64,000 bases of DNA, taken from the NCBI RefSeq assembly GCF_052425735.1, contig NC_135760.1:16988001-17052000 (forward strand), written 5' to 3'. The notes beneath the pieces were generated by a model. The model made no database searches. It was not told the DNA's origin and saw nothing but the letters and a program-made list of their open reading frames with translations. The stretch is from Oculina patagonica (taxonomy: Eukaryota). This document shows, piece after piece, positions 1 through 13,373 of the stretch (position 1 is its first letter; every line of letters begins with the position of its first letter). A program made the translations under genes and the position numbers.

Positions 1-599
1 AGAGCGAATGATATAGCACAAAGAAAAAACTTTAGAAATTGAACGGTCTTGTTTGTTTATTCATCATACCGTCCGAACTGATCTGTTCCTCATTTGGTAG
101 TAATTTCAACAAAACTAGAGACATCTAAAAATATCGTCGTTAACTATTAAACAACAGCAAAACACGTTTGTTTGTACTTTATTCGCAAAACTACGCAGTC
201 AAGGCACTACCACGAATATTAAGGTTGTTTTTAATACCCCTAAAAGTCCCTACTTAAATCAAGACACTCAAACAAAATAATTGCCAAATCTCAGCTGAAA
301 TTTTCCTACCCAAAAATCCAGGAATCTAAAATTTCAAACCCAAGAATCCTTTGATCATTCCTGTCACATGAAATCCCGAGTCCTTTCCCCCCCTGGGATA
401 TATGCTGCAGTATGATAAGCCATTGTTTTATGTTTGCGACACCGAACATATTTACACATTATCAGAACATTGAGTAAAATAAACGAAAGGAGATGTCTTC
501 TCATTTTTTTGGCTCTATTTCCCAACAGTGAAAAACCATTTATATGTTACAGCTCTGTCAGTTTCATTATACATATTCTTTCTAATTGTATTATATCAG

Positions 600-2204
600 G
601 GAATTATGAAAATTCACTAAGAGATGCAAAAGCAGCCACTGACTTACAACCAACTTTCCTTAAAGCAATTGAGAGAGGTAAGCTGTTGACTACGCGCATG
701 TGCAGAGTTGTTTTGCAGACCAGATAGAGTTGCTTCCTCATACTTTCTTTGTTCGGAAATTGTTAACTGGCGAAACTTAAGCGCTAAAAAACCAAGGGTT
801 TAACACTGCTTGTAATACCATTCTAAAAATCATCGTAGCTTTTAAATACATTTGGTTTTTTCCACTTTTTTAAGCCAGTAATGGTATGCTTGTGGACAAG
901 TATAAGTGAGCCCTTTGATCATCGCCTGTGTATAGACAGCTGCTTGCTCAGGGTATTTGATAACAAAATTGCATCAGTGGTGTATTTAACCAGTAAAACT
1001 GTGTAATAAAGATACAATAAAGAAGTGAAAAATGAACATCATGCAACATAAACATGTGTATAGAAGTTTTTTACTAAGTTAGGGAACACGTATTGTATTT
1101 ATTATCATAGGAGCGAGTGCCTGTATAAAGCTGAATCGTTTTGGAGAAGCCATCACATGGTGTGATAAGGGGTTAACCGTATCCTTTACAAGCAAATTAT
1201 TTCTTCTTTATCATGATTTCTATTTGCAAGCTCAATTTTCATCGCCGTTGGTTGTAACCCTAAAATTCGCTGTTGGTTAGCCATGGCCAAATGAATTAGT
1301 AAAAGAGTGCTAATTGGTAAGCTTTCCTTCCGTGCATGACTTGTTCCTTCACGGTCGTAAAACAAAATTAAAATAAAATTTATTTTTAATTCGGAATGGA
1401 CTACAGCAGCCACCTGCAAACCAGGCTTTCTGAAGGAACTTTATTTGCCGCTTTGTTGTCGAAGATTTATAGACTTCTTTGTTTACTGGCGCAAATTACA
1501 TTAAGGTGGAATTTCTGAACTAGAAAAAGATTGACAAGAACAACAAGAAGCTGTTGGAGTTAAGGATCAGGTCTGTAAAAGAACAAAGCAAGCAGCAGAA
1601 ACCAGACAGAGACAGCATAGAAAAGAAGTTAGAAGGTCACACTGTAAAAGGCAAGGTAAAGTTGTTGGAAAGTGCTGGTTTTTCGTAGTTTTAGTTTTCC
1701 ATACGTTTCTAACGGTAAGGGTGAGTTAAGGTGTCTCGATACAGTTTTTTCTAGACCAATCTTCAATTGGCCTTTTAAAAGCCTTCCCTGACTCAAATTG
1801 ATATTAAAATTACACCAGATAAAGGTTTCAGATTGAAGTTTGATTTCACGTATTTTTAAGGTAATCGATATTTCCATGGGAACGATAAACAAAAAACCGC
1901 CAAATCAGTAAAACCTGAGATTTTCTGTTGAAAATCTAATACCAGCATCTTAAACTATGACGTAGTGCAAAAAAAATATTAACGAATAAAATATTCTGTA
2001 TGTTTGATTTCGAATAAATCACAAAAAATGTTTCAAATTGTACTTTGTACATAATTATAACGATAATAAATGGACCAAGACACAAACATGACGTAGAAAA
2101 AGTAATTTCAAATAACGCCAAAATGTGTATTAAAGTTATCTTTTGGGGCCGTGATAGTTTTGTTGAGTTTCCTCAACGCGATCTCGAGAATTTGTTTTTT
2201 TTTT

Positions 2205-2247
<43 letters not shown>

Positions 2248-5200
2248 TTTTTTTTTTTTTTTTAAATATAAAAAAAAAATTTAACGGCTCGATAAATTTT
2301 CTTTAAATTTTCAACACGCATAATCAATTGTGCAAACAATTTAATTGCAAAGTTTTAGTATCATTGTTTCTCTGGAACGCTCTCAAATTTAACGATAATT
2401 TTCTACCCACTTTTATTCATATTTCTTTCCTATATATTTTCTGCTGTTTTCGAACATACCGGTTACTAAAAAGTCTCTAAAACGCAAAAGAGATAAGATA
2501 GAGGAAATAAATCCAAAATGAAATGTCATGACGCGAATGTTGAAAGCATCGACGCCAGAGAAAATGTTTGTAGAAATTTATATCATTGCAAGATTTGCCC
2601 AACTCAATATCGATGAAAGAAAAAATAACCAAGGCTGGCATCGGATTCAATCGATAAAGATTATTTTTTTATACGGTTCAAAGGGACCATTAGAAAGAGA
2701 AGACAGGACTGTCGACAATCAATCCCAAAGCTCCACCACGAGTAACAAAGAACAGAAAGGTGCCAGAAAAAATTTCTCCAGGAGAGAAAGCAGGAAATGA
2801 TGGAAATACAGAATACTCTTAATACTGCGGGCAGCAAGAATGCCGGGATGGGTATTACTATAAATGGCTTGCTGTTAAAATCAATTACGATCGATAGCGG
2901 AAACAGAATAAGAGCATGCAATTCCGTGACAGTTTGATAACTAAATTAGTTCTTGTTTGTTGAATGAAAACTTACGATTACGACAGGAAACACATACTCC
3001 AGGTGTACAACACTTTTAAAGCTTTCCAAAAATGTCGTTTTTTTTATTTGATTCGTTTATTACTTCGTTAATGTCTATTGAGCGTGTTAAATGGAGACAT
3101 GACGTTTTCAAGAAAAACCAAAAAACAAAAGTATCATGTTACGAAAGTAATATAAACAAGGGTGTCATGTTACATACGTTTACAAGAAAAACAAAGGTAT
3201 TATTTTACAGGGTATGACAAAAAAGGCAAAAGTATCCTGTAACAAACAAAAGTATCGCGTTACAAATTAAGCCATAACAGAATAAGAACGTGCCATTTCG
3301 TGACATTTTGATAATTGTCAAGAAGCACCATGAATGTGTGAATGTGGCTATTGCATTGGAACTGGTAACACTGGAACTAGTTATTGGCTTTAATTCCGCC
3401 TCTGTGCAATATGTACATAATAAAAAGCCCAATCCTCACTATGAATGGCAGATATATTTAAGCAAAACACAGCAAGAACCATGTAGCAATAACACCTAAG
3501 ATAAAAAACGGTGGAAAACATCTCTGGATTTACTGCTGAAAGACCCTTCAATTCAAATTCATCACTGGCAAACCACTGTGTCAACTCTACTTCCTAGACT
3601 CCACTTGTACTGACTGTATCAAGATTTTGGACTTATTGGACTTACTTGCATCACAAATTGTTAGTGCAAACAACTATCAGCCCTATTTAAATTTAACAAG
3701 AGTAAATCAAGATACGATATCAACTTTACTTCCTGGAAACTTGTACTTCCTTGCACTACGTGTTTTACCTCTAAATTATATTACGTTCTTGGACTTACTG
3801 GACAAAGCTTACGTTACAGATTGTACAGTGAGTACAGACAACTGTCAGCTACATTTAAACAAGAGATACATTATTTCAAGACATTATTTTTCTGCCAAAG
3901 TTGTGAAAGTTTCCTTGCTGTCTAGTACAGGTACAAAATATGTTGCTTTCCATTGTCAAAAGTCGTGATAAAAGACATCTTATTAGAATTGTTCAAACTA
4001 AATGCAAATTTGGTGATCAAAGCAGCTTATTATTTGCCTTTTATTAATTGACATTGGTTAGAGGTTAGAAACTAACCTTACCTTAGAACGCACAATTAAA
4101 AACACCGCCGGAAAACAACCGCACTGTATTTTAAAATTTTATTTACCTGACGAGCCTATTTTCCCCCTTTATAGCAAATGACTCAGTGTCTCAACTTTCG
4201 ACTTACAGCAAGGAGCCCAAAAGGGTGACCACTTTTAATGTATTCACTTTTTTCCTGGCAGATTTTATCCAATCAGAAGCCCTTCACAGCTTCTAATTGG
4301 AAAACGACTGCATGAAAGAATGCGAATTAATTAAAAGTGGTCACACATTTGGGCTCCTTGCTGTAAATCACACTTTTATCGACGATATCAATTTCGGCGT
4401 TCAGTTACTTGGATATCTAGATCTTTTGGACTCACATTCTCACTCAATAGACATTTTTGGCTTTGCCAGTGTAAATTGCCCATTTTAAATCATATGATGC
4501 TCCCCAGAGAACTTGTTTTTAACTATCTGAACACCGAGAGAATTTGTTTTGAACTGTGAAAGAAGTGATTCTCAAGAGTCACATAGTCTGAAATGGGACA
4601 ACAGACAAACGAAGCCCCAAAGGTCTATTCTCAGGTCTTTGTCTGGAATTTTTAACATACTGACTTGCTTTACTGGAACGTCCTCGCCTTAGTATGCATT
4701 GCATACCAATTATTGTTTATCGTTCTCATGGAAATATCGATTGGCCTGATGTGAATCATCAATCTCAGACCAATATCTGGTGTAAATCCCATGTGGATCC
4801 GATTCTGGGAGGACTGCTGAACGGCCACCTGAAAATGTTAGGGATAGTCCAGGAAAAACTGCATCGAGACACCTTAATTGGTGCAATTTTTAGAATATGG
4901 CTAATTAAAGGTCAAATGAACCGAAATTTCAAAATGCCATTTTAACCAACCAAACACTAAAACTAACCATTTTTTTGTAAAATAAATTATTATTTAGTAA
5001 AATAGCTTTCCGAGCCTTAAAGCGCGAATTACAGCAAAAAAATATTCGAAAGCTTCACAAAACGTTTCTTGAATTACCGCGCACTGAAATGGAAGGGACG
5101 GGGCGAGTTTGTGACGTCATAATTGGTGTTTTTGGAGACGACCGCAAACCGATTCCGCTTATATCCAGGAATGAACGCAAGTATCGGTAAATAAGTACTT

Positions 5201-6111
5201 CACGTTTGACTGTGTTATTTTACATCTCCATATTACTTCATATTTGACAGCATTGTGTGTGTTTTGGTGAACTTTTATTAATGAGCACGCTTTGTGATGC
5301 CTGTCGTGAGGAACGTGCATCTCATTAGCGTTAAATCCTGGACATATCTGACCGATTCCGCAGATCGCACTGGTTGCCAAAGTTCGAGACAAAAGAGCGA
5401 TTTCACAAACCTCGATTCTTACATGCTTATTATAATGAGAATCGTTAAATTCCAATGAGAAAGAACAATAGAGACTCCTGATTTGTTTTCATACCAGCGT
5501 GCGTACTACCTACGTCTCACGGGATATACAAATCGACAGCAAACAAAACTTGAACTTTCTTGAGCTATTTTGTAGCTTTAGCTTTTTTATTTTAAAAAAA
5601 TGCGCCGGCGTCTCAAAAAAAAAAACAACCAACAAACAATCAACTGAAAAACGGCCGAAAAGAACGAAATTAACTGCTTGAAATGTCACTTTAAACCGTT
5701 CTGTTTGGGGTTAGCCGATAACCGCATTCGTGAACGTGCTTCCTATTGGCTGTGGTCCGTACACACCATACGGCTATACTTTTACGTAATTAGTTGTCGT
5801 CTGAAGAATGACATGTTATTGAGCTACTCTCTGTAGCTGCCTCTAAAATGATTTCTCTTTTCCCTAATCAACATATTTTTATAGAATGGGTTTACGATCC
5901 TCAAACTAGAAGGCCAGGGACTCTCCTCGATCGGGCCAGGCCTTTTTCTTATCCGTCATGATTCAACCAACCAGGGTCAAAACTCTGGCGGCAGTAGCTA
6001 GTGAGATGATCAAAAGGCACAAGTTTCATTTATGCGAAAGGAGAAAAAAAACGGGAGAGGGGGGTTTTTTTTTGTTGTGTATATTTTTTTCTCTCAGTCC
6101 TTTCCCGGGCC

Positions 6112-6142
<31 letters not shown>

Positions 6143-9100
6143 GCGGGAATAAATTTTTTTAAAAAAAACCCCAAAAAACCCTTTGCACTACATTAAAGAA
6201 AGACCACGTTACCTGTCATTCAACGAAACATACCGCGGCCGAATGGGTTGCCAGCGGTCTTAACGAAACAGACGAATGTGCTTTCGAAGCTTTCTTAATC
6301 TACCAGGTTAATGCATCGCAATAAGAAAAGAGTAAACAGGAAAAGCGAAGCAGAACTTCAATATAAATATATAGAAAGGTTGTCATTATTTCCTTCTTTC
6401 AGGTCGGTGATTTGAAAAGTCCCAATGCCAAAAGATTGGGTGACAGAGCGGAAGAAGCACTTTTGTGTGGCAATCTTGGAAATGCGTTTTTAAGTCTCGG
6501 TGATTTCAGAAAAGCCATAGACTACTACGAATTGGATCTTAAAATCGCCAAAGAAGTAGGAGACAAGGCCGGCGAAGGAAGTGCTTATGGCAATCTTGGA
6601 AATGCTTTTTTAAGTCTCGGTGATTTCAGAAAAGCCATAGACTACTACGAATTGGATCTTAAAATCGCCAAAGAAGTTGGAGACAAGGCCGGCGAAGGAA
6701 AGGCCTATGGCAATCTTGGAAATGCTTTTCTAAGTCTCGGTGATTTCAGAAAAGCCATAGTCTACTACGAATTGCATCTTAAAATCGCCAAAGAAGTAGG
6801 AGACAAGGCCGGCGAAGGAAAGGCCTATGGCAATCTTGGAAATGCTTTTAGTAAGTCTCGGTGATTTCAGAAAAGCCATAGACTACTACGAATTGCATCT
6901 TAAAATCGCCAAAGAAGTAGGAGACAAGGCCGGCGAAGGAAGTGCCTATGGCAATCTTGGAATTGCTTTTTGTAAGTCTCGGTGATTTCAGAAAAGCCAT
7001 AGACTACTACGAATTGCATCTTAAAATCGCCAAAGAAGTAGGAGACAAGGCCGGCGAAGGAGGTGCCTATGGCAATCTTGGAATTGCTTTTTGTAATCTC
7101 GGTGATTTCAGAAAAGCCATAGACTACTACGAATTGCATCTTAAAATCGCCAAAGAAGTAGGAGACAAGGCCGGCGAAGGAAGTGCTTATGGCAATCTTG
7201 GAAATGCTTTTTTAAGTCTCGGTAATTTCAGAAAAGCCATAGACTACTACGAATTGGATCTTAAAATCGCCAAAGAAGTAGGAGACAAGGCCGGCGAAGG
7301 AAGTGCCTATGGCAATCTTGGAAATGCTTTTAGCAATCTCGGTGATTTCAGAAAAGCCATAGACTACTACGAATTGCATCTTAAAATCGCCAAAGAAGTA
7401 GGAGACAAGGCTGGCGAAGGAAGTGCCTATGGCAATCTTGGAAATGCTTTTTTAAGTCTCGGTGATTTCAGAAAAGCCATAGACTACTACGAATTGCATC
7501 TTAAAATCGCCAAAGAAGTAGGAGACAAGGCCGGCGAAGGAAGTGCCTATGGCAATCTTGGAAATGCTTTTAGAAATCTCGGTGATTTCAGAAAAGCCAT
7601 AGACTACTACGAATTGCATCTTAAAATCGCCAAAGAAGTAGGAGACAAGGCCGGCGAAGGGAGTGCTTATGGCAATCTTGGAAATGCTTTTTTAAGTCTC
7701 GGTGATTTCAGAAAAGCCATAGACTACTACGAATTGCATCTTAAAATCGCCAAAGAAGTAGGAGACAAGGCCGGCGAAGGAAGTGCCTATGGCAATCTTG
7801 GAAATGCTTTTTTAAGTCTCGGTGATTTCAGAAAAGCCATAGACTACTACGAATTGCATCTTAAAATCGCCAAAGAAGTAGGAGACAAGGCCGGCGAAGG
7901 AAGTGCCTATGGCAATCTTGGAAATGCTTTTAGAAATCTCGGTGATTTCAGAAAAGCCATAGACTACTACGAATTGCATCTTAAAATCGCCAAAGAAGTA
8001 GGAGACAAGGCCGGCGAAGGGAGTGCTTATGGCAATCTTGGAAATGCTTTTTTAAGTCTCGGTGATTTCAGAAAAGCCATAGACTACTACGAATTGCATC
8101 TTAAAATCGCCAAAGAAGTAGGAAACAAGGCCAGGGAGGCCGTATCCTATCACAATCTAGGTCTCAGCTTCGAATCACAAGGTTTCTTATCCAAAGCCTT
8201 AGAATATTACGACCGTGGCGTAAGATTATTCAACCATGTGAGAAGCCTTCTTCAAAGTAAAGATGAGTGGAAAATTGGCTATAGAAATGAAGTTGACAAT
8301 GCATACACTGGTTTATGGAGAGTACTGCTAAAGCAAGGCAAGATTGTTGAAGCTTTGCTTGCTGCTGAGAAAGGACGAGCCCAAGCTCTTTCTGATCTTA
8401 TGTTATCCCAATTTGGCATTAGAGAAAGTCAGTCCGTGTCACAGGAGGAAGACGAAGAGCAATATCTTCAACTGATACGCTCTATTCCATCAAGTACAGT
8501 TTTTCAGGCATTTAACAGTGCTAAGATCCATCTCTGGGTTCTTTCAAAGGAAGGACTTGTTCGTGTAAGAGCGAAAGAAATTGGCGAGGCCCATTCTCTA
8601 TTAAATGATGCCACCGCCATTTTTCAGTCGGTGATAAAAAATGCCTTTAGACAAATTGGCTTTTGCCCTGAGGAAAGATGCGAAAATCGTTCTTTGGATG
8701 CATTAAGAGAAAATCGTCACAAAGCGGATGACAATTCCGACAGGGAAAACTCTCAACCCTTCGACCTACAAGAGATTTCTTTGAGCACCTTGTACAATAT
8801 CTTGTTTCAGCCGATTGCCGATCTGGTTCAAGGTGATGAGCTAATCATTGTCCCACATGGACCACTGTGGCTAGCTCCTTATGCTGCATTGATGGATGCG
8901 GATTCCAAATACCTGTGTGACTCATTTAGAATCCGGTTGATTCCTTCACTGACAAGCTTGAAGCTGATTGCTGAATGCCCAGACGAATACCATAGTAGAA
9001 GTGATGCATTACTTGTGGGCGATCCATGGGTAGAAAAAGTTACCAACAGCAAGGGTGAAAAATTCCTGGATCCTCTTCCGTTCGCAAGAAAGGAAGTAGA

Positions 9101-9650
9101 AATGATCGGAAAGATTCTCAACGTGAAGCCTCTGATTGGAAAGAAAGCAACGAAACGCGAAGTGTTAAAAGGACTCAGTTCAGTTGCTTTAGTTCATATT
9201 GCAGCACATGGTCGCATGGAAACTGGTGAAATTGCTCTAACACCGGACTCAAAGCAAGCATCTCGAATCCCAACGAAGGAAGAAGATTACATTTTGAACA
9301 TGTCAGATGTTCTGAGTGTTAAAGTGCGAGCAAGACTGGTTGTCCTTAGTTGCTGTCACAGCGGTCGGGGCGAAATCAAGGCTGAAGGTGTGGTCGGTAT
9401 TGCACGGGCCTTTATGGGCGCTGGTGCTCGTTCTGTGTTGGTGTCACTGTGGGCAATTGATGACGAAGCTACTCTGGAGTTTATGAAAAGTTTCTACCAT
9501 CACCTTGTGGAAGGAAGAAGAGCAAGTGAGTCTCTGAACCAGGCCATGAAACATCTCAGAGAATCAGACAAATACAGCGATGTAAAATACTGGGCGCCTT
9601 TTGTACTTATTGGAGATGACGTCACTCTAGACTTTCATCGGAAGAAATGA
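600..9650 (+). CDS. Copy A, 3' part of paralogous TTC4-like TPR/TPR-array/CHAT gene (5' exons lie upstream of the window); two +1 frameshifts in the array
   Basis: join(600-677,1111-1178,1530-1655,6403-9650). The first three exons match copy B exons 8-10 in size and phase. Extra bases at ~6855 and ~6976 split the big exon into ORFs 6412-6864 and 6942-9650. Confidence 0.8.
1179..1529 (+). other. U12-type (minor spliceosome) GT-AG intron, copy A
   Basis: 5' splice site GTATCCTTTAC; branch-like TTTCTGAAC 9 nt before the end of the intron; no polypyrimidine tract; joins GLT|IDK in frame. Confidence 0.8.
1860..4746. mobile_element. Second nested TIR element inside 1730-4873
   Basis: The left end ggtaatcgatatttccatgggaacgataaacaa is the inverted repeat of ttgtttatcgttctcatggaaatatcgattggcc at ~4713-4746. 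Confidence 0.65.
3316..4712 (+). mobile_element. 3' fragment of the same Helentron family
   Basis: Colinear with ~52271-53558; ends AACGTCCTCGCCT-TA-GTATGCATTGCATAC. The copy B equivalent (~34490-43572) is split by BEL. Confidence 0.75.
6403..9650 (+). CDS. Copy A terminal coding exon: 14-unit TPR array + CHAT domain
   Basis: Acceptor ttctttcag at 6402. VHIAAHG (His 9207-9209) and VLSCCHSG (Cys 9354-9356) are present, and the exon ends DFHRKK* as in copy B. Confidence 0.9.
6469..8150 (+). repeat. Coding tandem repeat, 14 x 120 bp (40-aa TPR)
   Basis: ggcaatcttgga...gactactacgaattg...ggagacaaggccggcgaagga recurs every 120 nt (121 nt at the two frameshifts). Confidence 0.95.
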
Positions 9651-10919
9651 GTAAGTAAAATTAATTCATTTCACAATCAAGAGAAACGGTATATTTTCCA
9701 AACAACTATGCTACTTATTTTTTTTTTAAAGTCAGTCATACTGTACTGTATGTTCTTTGCTTAAATGAGGAGATTAAAACTTACACTTTTATGCCAAATA
9801 GCAACCCACCAAAATTACGTCTGCTGCCTTCCATAATTTCCAGTCCTCCACCCCATCTCATCCATTGCATGTAAAGTTGTGTGAATTTCGAGACATTCAA
9901 AGATATGAAAAAATAAACACATTTGAAACGAGCAAAAGGGATTTCTGATTAATTATAAAGTTATCTGTTTGTTTTTTCAATAATTGCTCGTTTTTTAGTA
10001 ATATGACCCATCAATTGTCTCAACAATTGTACAATGGGTTATAGCCAATTTTTAAAGTACCCCTGATTCCTGTGACTTCTCTAAAGGTCTCAATTTTACT
10101 AGATCCTTTCCCTCAAATATGGCCTTGAAAAGAAACGGGAAATTTACAACTCTTTAAATATGATTAGTATTGATTATTATTAGTTTTTTTTTCTGTTTCA
10201 GCTTCCAAAGGAATGTATGACGATGTCAACAAGCTTCCCAGTAAGCAGTAAAAGTGGACAAGACTGGCACTACATTGAAACTTGCAAGAGTAAAACTGAG
10301 TATAAAAGTGACCGTTAAGTGTTTTCAAAACCCAATTTAGTCTTTGTTGTTCTAACAGCTGTTAACGGCATTGTTGTTTTACTTTGAAGCCGTGTACACA
10401 GGCTCGGGGAGATCATTATAGCAGATTGACCTTTCTCAGACCTTTTCGGGAGGTCCTTTAACCATTTAGATAAAATGATTTAAGGCTAGCGTAGTTTAAT
10501 GATTATTTCTTGATGTGTTTTTTGCGTTATGCAACTCAACTCACGCTCGAGCTCATGTAGCCTTAACTTTGGGTTAATATATTCAATTTCAGCAAGTTAG
10601 GAAAGTAACTTCTTCAGTTTTATCATACCTGCATATTCCGTGCCTGTTTGCCACAAGACATGTCCTTGTTTCTACTATGGTTAAACAATCGACATATTAA
10701 TTAAGTATTTACACAAAACCAAGTTAGTTTAAAAAAAAACATAAAAAACTGTTTTCAAGCAGTCTAACTCAAAATTGTTTGGATGTGAATTGAAAAGACT
10801 GAATAATTAGGTTAGATTTCCAGCAAGATACAAAGCAACAGAATTGCTCTGATCTTTTGTCGTGCTGTTATCCAATTTTTTCTATAATATATCATTTTTC
10901 ATTGTGTGGATATCGTTAA

Positions 10920-11549
10920 GGGACTGACCATAAGAAAAGTGATGGGGAGGGTGGGGAAAAAAAAAATCAGGCAAAGGAAAATGCCAGTAAAAAATTCCTG
11001 CAAAGGGGAAGGCAAAAAAAAAACCGTGCAAAACGAAATTAAGCACTAATGGCAATTGATTTTAGCCATTCTTAATATTGTTTTTTAATATGGGGGGGGG
11101 GGGGGGGGGGGGGGGGGGGGTGTAGTTTTGATCTTCACATAGAAAATCCCCAGTGGTACTTATCAGTATAAATTGATAAATTTCTTGACGTGAGCAGTTT
11201 TAGATGTATTTCTAGCGATTTCAGAAGGCCCAAATATAAATATTAAAATAAAAATTGGTGGGCTCTCTCTAGCCGCCACTTCTCCAATTCCTCCAGGTCA
11301 CTCCCAGTCCCGAAACTTACATCAATGAATAACAACATTTTTTGGAATCAAAAAAGAACATTTGTCAAAAACATTGTATAAAGTAACAATGCATGGCAAT
11401 TGTCTCAAGAAATTATTTGTCTAAACTTCGAGCAGAGGGTTACACCCGAAAAAAAGATTCCCGCACAAGCAATGGGCGTAAAAAAAATTCGTGCAAGCTG
11501 AAAATCCCCCTCCCTCCCCCCCTCTTTCACTTTTCCAATGGTCCGTCCC
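10920..11549. mobile_element. PIF/Harbinger-type MITE
   Basis: TAA|GGGACTGACCAT.AGAAAAGTGA ... TCACTTTTCCAATGGTCCGTCCC|TAA. Confidence 0.75.
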
Positions 11550-13249
11550 TAATTAAGTAGAAAAAAGGGAGAATTCGGAAAAGATTTACACGAGTATGGA
11601 AGTTCAGTGTCTTAAAGATTTTTTCCAAACCGTTGTAAAATTATCTTTCACTTTTTCACATTTTTATCCGACAAAGACAATAGACCAGTTTGTCAAAAGC
11701 TTATAATTTTGACATGTAAATATTTTTTACTGAATTAGAGGACGTTTACAACGATTTTATTGCAACCCCTCGTTGCGAACTTCCAGTTTTCTCACTTTTT
11801 TCCTGGATAAGCAAAGATTGATTATGTTGATACGTACAGATGTAACCCAAACTAATTTAATGGGAATGCAATATAGCGGTAAATTGTTGTGCTGTCGCAC
11901 GTCGAATTCGTTGCTGGTAACTGTTCTTATGTCTGTTTTTACTTCTTAGTTAAGGATATTGTTTTAGTCATTAATACGAAGACAATTTTGTACCAATAAC
12001 ATAATGGCTTTAGTTCCGATTATTGCAACTCTCCAGTTCTCACTCTCTACTTTCCAGTCCTCGTAAGCAAGTCAGACCTCGTGCCTCGCGTCCAGTTCTC
12101 GTACCAGGCTAAATTCTACATCAGCAATACAGGGGGACCAGTTTTTGAGCTTGAGAGTTGCGAGATTATTTTTTTAAGCTTGTAAGGAAGATTTGTTTCA
12201 AGTAATAAATGCTAATAACGTTGGATTTTGCTTTTATTGTCTGTTCAGTTACTCAATTGTTTAAATTTGAAGTAAAATATTCTATGCATCCTCCCAGATC
12301 CAGGGGCAGTTAGTCGTGGCGAAGCAAAGTAAATCTGGCAAAAATTGGAGCGACGAAAATTTTCTTGAAACTGGGTTTACCTTGTTGCGCCCCTAGGGTG
12401 TTAAATAGATTTATACCATAACCGAGAGAATTCTCGCGCGCTGATTGGTCCAAAGTTATGGTCGATGAGAGTATAGAACATGAAAGTGACGTCAGATCAC
12501 GCCAGGCACACGCGCGGGCTAAAAGATGTGTAAGTTTGGTCTCCATGAATGAAAGCGAATTTCATCGTGTTTTGTTTGAATCAAGTACGCATTTGTTTTC
12601 GGAATTCATCATTGAACTGATCTGTCGAAAGAAAATTGACCAGGCTTTTGAATTGTTGGTCTAACTGAGAAGAACGGTGCTAGCGAACTGGCAGGGGACT
12701 GTTGATGTTTAGTCATAATTGTCCCTAATGGACACTGTAATTCTATATTTAGTTTCTTACACATCTTCTTTCGCTTCTTAACACACCAAAGCAGGATGAA
12801 TTTCTCGATCACTTCGTATAATAGATTTGTGTTTTTCATATATCTCTGTGTAAAGTCCGTGGGAAAACTTAGACATAAACATATGCAAAAACTAAAACAA
12901 TACGTAATAGAAATTCATAAATAATTACTGCAGAAATCCTATTTGACCGGAATTGACAACATAAACTAAGACCACTGTATATCGTAACGTTCATGTTTGC
13001 AATCTGTTTGAGAAATGAGTTAACTAGTAAGCAATCTACGCAGGCTAAAGAGAGACGAGCTAAAGGAATGTTATGATCACAATCCATCTAGGGTGGTGTG
13101 GGGGCATGCTCCCCCAGAAAATTTTAAAATTTCTAGGCTCTTAAATGCTATTTTCAGCGTTCTCCACCATATATTTCGTCGAAAAATAGATCTCATCAAG
13201 TGTTAAATGATGGCAGGTATTTTCAGGTATTAATAGGACCTTTCCTTCC

Positions 13250-13373
13250 ACTTTTTTTCTTTGCCTTCCCCTTTGCACGATTTTTTTTCTTGCCATTTTG
13301 GCTTGCATGAATTTTTTTGGGGTTTTTTCCCCCACCCCCCACCCCCCCATCACTTTTCTAATGGTCCATCCCT
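13250..13373. mobile_element. Right-end fragment of the same MITE family
   Basis: Ends catcacttttctaatggtccatccc|taa. Confidence 0.5.

Larger units (their letters stand above)
1730..4873. mobile_element. Non-autonomous TTAA-target TIR element (Kolobok-like) containing nested elements
   Basis: TTAA|GGTGTCTCGATACAGTTTTT ... AAAAACTGCATCGAGACACC|TTAA. The orthologous element in copy B is at 32792-43679. Confidence 0.8.

Noticed and set aside
2195-2280. Long poly-T tract, plus similar patches at ~6040-6180 and poly-G at 11092-11120
   Set aside because: The paralogous positions in copy B (~33265-33345, ~49790-49870) have ordinary sequence, so these look like low-quality read or gap-fill artefacts.
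6851-6991. GTAAGT created at the frameshift as a rescue splice donor to the repeat's tttcAG
   Set aside because: The donor is phase 1 and the acceptor phase 2, so splicing would not restore the frame.
6469-8150. Regular repeats resembling a CRISPR array
   Set aside because: The units are contiguous 120-bp coding repeats with no unique spacers, in a eukaryotic context with no cas genes.
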